The position numbers were made by a program, and so were the translations under genes. Below, piece by piece: positions 59,229 to 64,000 of a DNA stretch of 64,000 bases. Origin of the DNA: Porphyridium purpureum (Eukaryota); the NCBI GenBank assembly GCA_008690995.1, contig VRMN01000006.1, positions 558,001 to 622,000 of the forward strand, read 5' to 3'. Positions within the stretch are counted from its first letter, which is position 1. Each line of letters starts with the position of its first letter. A model generated the notes under the pieces. The model saw only the letters and a list, made by a program, of their open reading frames with translations, made no database searches and was not told where the DNA came from.

Positions 59229-60473
59229 CTACAGCTTGATCTTGCACACGCGCGCGGCCTCTTGGATGGCCGTGCGAGCAACGGCGCCAAAGTCGAATGC
59301 GAGGCGCTGCCGATGCGCGCAATACGCGACGCGGTTAGCGTGGTACATGCGCGGTTCATCGAGCTTGAGGTCGACCGGTGTCCCGTGAGCGCGAAACACT
59401 TGGAGCGCCTGGTAGTAGCCCCGCAGCACGGTAAGAGCCGCTGCCGAGTCCTCCGGGTTGGCGTCCTTGATGCACTCCACAAAAATGCTCGGCTCTGGGG
59501 CAGAGATAATGCTGTAGTGGCGTACGCGCATTGCCGCTGCCACGTCCCGGAACGAGTCTGCAAAGCAACCGAACGGGTAGATCTCAATAACGGTGCTGAA
59601 GCGTCGCATGAACACAATGTTCGCCAACTGCGGATCATGTGCGCCAATAACGATATCGGCGCTCTGCATAAGGGCGATCTGACCTTCGAAATCCAGCAGG
59701 TCGAGGCGCGCAATGCGCACGTTGAATTTGACTGCCCATAACTTGGCCAGCTTCAGCGCATGGTCCAGTGCGTCAGATAATCGCTCGGCGTGTGGAATGT
59801 CATGCTCGCCGCCCAAGTCGTCCAACGGATCCCGCTTGGGCATGCGGCCAAGTAGCACTTGCTCATTCTCGTCGTGGTCGCGGTCCAGCGTGCGCACCAG
59901 AATCACGACATCAAGCGTGCAGTACTGCTGGACGGACTCGGCGTGAACAGTCTCCGACACTAGCACGTGATGCTTCGACAGAGGAGCGAGGCCAAACGTA
60001 TTGTAGAAGGCGCGTTTCATGTCATCAGCCCGCGCGCCTTCTAGCAGCGCAATCACGTCACGCTCGCTTCGCGGCTTACTCGTGACAACCGAACGAAAAC
60101 ACACGGCGCTGAATGGACCGGCGTGCGCGTACAAAGAGCGTTTGCGCAACGGATACCACGCGCGTGTGCCAGCACTCCAACTAGATGTCATGTACTGCCA
60201 AAACCGCGTTTGCCAGAGTGACGGGTCGCTAAATGCGATTTCGTCGCTCTCGAAAACCGCCAGTCGGTACCGCGACTGGATCGTGCATGCGGCGGCGCTT
60301 AAATAACTCGACAATAGCGATGCGGACTGTTCTGGCGCGTCGCTGGACGAATTTTCCGATTGAGAAGCAGTAGATTCTTCGTGCTGACAGCGAATCATGC
60401 TCGCACAGCGGCGGCGACCGGCCAAGGTAGCATCCCCTAAATCGTCCATGCATTCCCATTCCATAACACCGCG

Positions 60474-60514
<41 letters not shown>

Positions 60515-61310
60515 CCTGGTCCTGTCGCTGCTGCTGGTGCTGGTGCTGCTTTTCCTCGTGAAAGTCAGCCACGAGCTCACCAAAAACTAGTCGTAATAAC
60601 ATGTCCATCATGAACAGCGTGCGTGAAATCCTTGTCGGCTTCACGCCAAGCAGGTCATACTCCTTGAACTGGTAATTCAGGTCGAGCAACCCGAAACGCG
60701 CATTGAGCGAGTCAAGGTCTTGTCCGGGCGACTGCGCTTGCTCAAGAGCGCTCTTATCGAGTAAATGAAACAAGGGGTCTCGAATGCCGCACTCGACTTC
60801 GAGTAATCGACGGTGTCGTTCCATCCAGTAGGGCAGCACAATCTGCTCATCTGGCATGACACATGCGTGAAAGATGCGACACACAGACGTGCCGCCAGGT
60901 ACACTCTCGGTGGCATTGCCTGATACAACCTCAGGAGACGCCGACGCTTCAGTTTCTGATGTGTTCGCAGAGTGGAGCGTACTTGTCCATTTGCTCCGGT
61001 CGCGATAGATGAGCAAAGCGCTTTCCATGGAGCTTGCCTGCTCCAGCTGCTGTACCTTGGACCGAACATGCGCGAGTTCATCCATATGCGTGTGACGAAC
61101 CGCGTGCATTCGCACAGACATGATCAGCAGCAGCACCGACATCCATAACGCTGGCGAGCGCCAGTTAACGTGCTCGCGTTTGCCTACCGTCAGCCATCGT
61201 GCAGGAACAAAATCATACCACGCGTTCACACTTTTGGCTTTGTCAGACGTGCCGCCGCCGCCGTCGTCTTCCTTACTTGTCTCCTTCCGCCGCGTCGTCG
61301 AGGGCGCCAT
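59229..61310 (-). CDS. Glycosyltransferase family 61-like type II membrane protein
   Basis: N-terminal signal anchor; AVCFRSVV; F..QI.LMQSADIVIGAH....ANIVFM...STVIEIYP. Confidence 0.75.
60474..60512. repeat. (CAA)13 coding poly-Q tract (minus strand)
   Basis: Pure (TTG)n on the plus strand inside the GT61-like CDS. Confidence 0.9.
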
Positions 61311-61508
61311 GCCGTCTCCAGGAAACACAAACGCGGCGTGCGCTACTCACGTTCCCACGCACACTCGCGCGCACTTGCGCTCGCGGGGTTTACCGACTCC
61401 TCCGTGTAGCCGATTACCCGTTAACCTGATAAACCATTAAACCGATGAACTGAACCATGTCGGTTTCGTCACTTCCTAGTGTGCATGTGTGCTCATGTGG
61501 CGGGCGCG

Positions 61509-62150
61509 ATGGTGGTGATCTTGGTGACGGGATCTCCTGGATGTGGAAAGACCACGCTGGTGCGAGCGGTGGCCAACCGCGTGGCCACGCATGCGCAATG
61601 GCGGGTCTGCGGATTCTTCTCCCGGGAGCTGCGCCACGGAAATGGCCAGCGATGCGGCTTTGAGCTCGTCGACGCTGCTGACGAGCGCTTGCGATGCACG
61701 CTCGCAACAGCGGGCGCTGGTGTATCAGGCACAGGACCACGAGTGTCGAAGTATGTGGTGAATGTTGTCGAGATGGAGCAGTTCTGTGGCGAAAGAATGG
61801 AGGCATTCTTGCGTGAGAACAAAACGAATGACCAGGCGTCCAAGAGCCAGATGCGGAAAACACTCTTTCTGCTTGACGAAGTGGGTAAGATGGAGCTATT
61901 TTCACATCGCTTCCGTGCCGCCGCGAGAAAGCTACTGGTGGATGGTCATGCAGAGGAGGCATGCGCACCCGTCTCTCGTGCGCACGTCCTGTGCACGATC
62001 GTGCAGAAAAGCAATGACCCGCTCGTTCAGGAAATTCGAGGCCTGCAAGGGCCCCACATTGAGCACGTGCAAGTCACAACAGACAACCGAGAAGCGCTCG
62101 TGAGTGAGCTTTCGCAGTTGCTCCTAGAGTCATCCGATGCTCCTGCCTAA
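61509..62150 (+). CDS. NTPCR: Nucleoside triphosphatase, THEP1/NTPCR family
   Basis: VTGSPGCGKTTL, GFF..ELR...R.GF, RV.KY.VN, LLDEVGKMELFS..F, VT..NR..L. Confidence 0.92.
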   Translation: MVVILVTGSPGCGKTTLVRAVANRVATHAQWRVCGFFSRELRHGNGQRCGFELVDAADERLRCTLATAGAGVSGTGPRVSKYVVNVVEMEQFCGERMEAFLRENKTNDQASKSQMRKTLFLLDEVGKMELFSHRFRAAARKLLVDGHAEEACAPVSRAHVLCTIVQKSNDPLVQEIRGLQGPHIEHVQVTTDNREALVSELSQLLLESSDAPA

Positions 62151-62801
62151 GAATATGCACCGGGCGGAACTGATGTATCAAAGAACGATGCCGGGCATCC
62201 GTGTTCTCCTGGTATTGCCGCAGATCACACACGACAGCAAAACACATTGGCGTCCACGCAGACAGGCCGTCGGTACATGGAAAGGACATTCACAAAACGC
62301 CTTGGCTCATGATTGAAAGGGTCGTGAAGTTTTTCGACACGCTGAAGATGACGCACGGCGAAATGTGCTGTGAGAGTCGAATTACGACGAAACAGAGTTG
62401 CTTTTCAGCGAAGTGGTGTGCAACCTTTTATTACGTTCGCAAGAGCGTCGTTTCAGGATCTCTAGATCCAGGCCTCGAGTTATGAGAGTCGGAACTCATG
62501 CCCGGCAGCAAGGCGAAAGGTGGACAGCTTCCGTATATTGCATTCTAAACTCCATCTTGCGAAGCAGAAGTGACAGAACACTGTGGTACTTGGCCGGTCT
62601 TCTGAACTTCAATCAATTCGCCCTACAGAGGCCATGGATGCCACTGCTATGGCGTGCGACCAGACGAAGCACGGCATTCTCTATGGGCACTCTGACAAGA
62701 CACGCCTCTTCGGGAAGAACAAAGACACACGGATAAGGCTGACCTTGACCTTGTTTAGAGCTTCGTGGACGCGTTGGATGATCCTATTTGACTAGCTTCG
62801 C

Positions 62802-63998
62802 CTAGGAGGTTTTAGAAATGCTATCTTTGAGCCCGTGAGTTTGTCGCATGTGTCGTTTCCAGTTACTAACCACCGCAAACGATCTATTGCATATGAGACA
62901 CTCGTGGTCGCGCCGTTTCTCATGAACGACCCGAATGTGCGCGTGCAAGTTTGAAATTTGTGAAAAGATGCGCCCGCATTCTTCGCATGCAGGCATGTTC
63001 ACGCGATCATGGATCGTCCTGATGTGGCGGTGAAGCTCACTTGACCGACCAAAGACTTTTCCACAGTTTTGGCACTGAGGCCTGTGTGTAGCGGAAGCCT
63101 CGACGTGTCTTGATTGAGATCCGGCGCTTTGTTCAGATCTACAGCCATCGATTAGCCCACTCTCATTATGGGCAATGGAGAGATTCTGATCGCCGGTCGT
63201 TGCCTCGCATCCACTGTGCAAACAGTTGGGAGATTTGATCTGGACACGGTGTCGTACAGACGAAGCCGTGGTCAGGCGGTCGAAAAACAAAAATTTCAGC
63301 GCACTCATGCGAGGATAGACAGCACCGGTAGCCACTTGGAGTCGAACCGTTGGAACACTGACTTTGAAGGCAAGCTGTCCATTTCCCAAATAAGCTTGGC
63401 AGTGTGTCATTGGGTTTTCGAGAAAACCGGCACGCAGCCAGTTCTCGAGAAAGGGGCCAAACTCCTTCCAGTCCAGCGACCGCGAAAGCTCGTCGTCGGT
63501 CCGGCAGCTGGACAGTAGCCGCCAGCACTTGCAGCTTCCGGTATCGCAAGAGCCCGTACACAAGCCTGGGCGCTCAATCAGCGTGTAGCTAAGAAGGGGC
63601 GCGTCGAAATCTACGCGTGTCGTGTGGAAGGTTTCAATCTTCCATTTGTAATTGTCCCACATGCGCACCAGGTAAATGAGAATCGTGCCATTGGTGCAGC
63701 CTGACACAGCAATGTAGGCGTAACCGTACCGGGTTCGAAACGCCGTGAGGCGCAGGCCGGGGAAAGCCGTCACACCTTCTGGGAGAGGTGTGATGCACAC
63801 GTTACACATATTCACGCCGTGAACAAAGCGGCTTTGACTTGAATGATAAAGCGTCGGAATTACGGTGGCGCAAGTTGTTCTGCTGACGCGCTCAATATCC
63901 GTGTCCCAAATGACTGCTTGGTCCATTTCATCCTGGCTCGGTAAGTACGGCAAACACGACAGCTCTTGTGGGGAAACGTAATCGTCGTAGCCCTCGCA
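62802..63998 (-). CDS. C2H2 zinc-finger protein (three C-terminal fingers); 5' end outside window
   Basis: CQNCGKVF.RSSELHRHIRTIH, CEECGRIFSQ.SNL.AHIRVVH, CLICNRSF....NW.RH...TH; frame is open to the window edge. Confidence 0.85.
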   Translation of the reverse strand, partial: CEGYDDYVSPQELSCLPYLPSQDEMDQAVIWDTDIERVSRTTCATVIPTLYHSSQSRFVHGVNMCNVCITPLPEGVTAFPGLRLTAFRTRYGYAYIAVSGCTNGTILIYLVRMWDNYKWKIETFHTTRVDFDAPLLSYTLIERPGLCTGSCDTGSCKCWRLLSSCRTDDELSRSLDWKEFGPFLENWLRAGFLENPMTHCQAYLGNGQLAFKVSVPTVRLQVATGAVYPRMSALKFLFFDRLTTASSVRHRVQIKSPNCLHSGCEATTGDQNLSIAHNESGLIDGCRSEQSAGSQSRHVEASATHRPQCQNCGKVFGRSSELHRHIRTIHDRVNMPACEECGRIFSQISNLHAHIRVVHEKRRDHECLICNRSFAVVSNWKRHMRQTHGLKDSISKTS

Positions 63999-64000
63999 AA

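Noticed and set aside
59177..59713. N-terminal 180 aa of the 598-aa ORF 57917-59713
   Set aside because: Overlaps the GT61-like CDS in another frame on the same strand; start moved to 59176.

Overview
Gene-dense, almost intron-free, GC-rich eukaryotic DNA. Red-algal-style plastid transit peptides (MxxFV...), CAB-domain ferrochelatase, PLGG1-like and DUF1995 genes suggest a unicellular red alga, possibly Porphyridium-like; this is inference, not a database match. About 36 protein-coding genes are supported, mostly housekeeping (HCCS, TRM8, ACL, HMG-CoA synthase, eIF3e, SMC5, profilin, NTPCR). The most notable region is 42.1-55.7 kb: five plastid-targeted bestrophin-like (UPF0187/VCCN/BST) channel paralogues plus a decayed sixth fragment, with a plastid-type P450 embedded. 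One paralogue has a ~420-aa tail ending in about 12 amphipathic 11-mer repeats and a KWTSPR motif, making this a candidate red-algal pyrenoid/CO2-concentrating locus. Other highlights: a PLK4-like kinase with a PB3-like polo box in a presumably centriole-less lineage, a CBM20-SGNH-tandem repeat-DUF1796 protein, an HCCS with a twin CX9C tail, and recurrent GTAC, telo-box and CGGTT motif clusters in upstream regions. No rRNA, convincing tRNA, CRISPR array or intact mobile element was seen. All family assignments are by motif recognition only.
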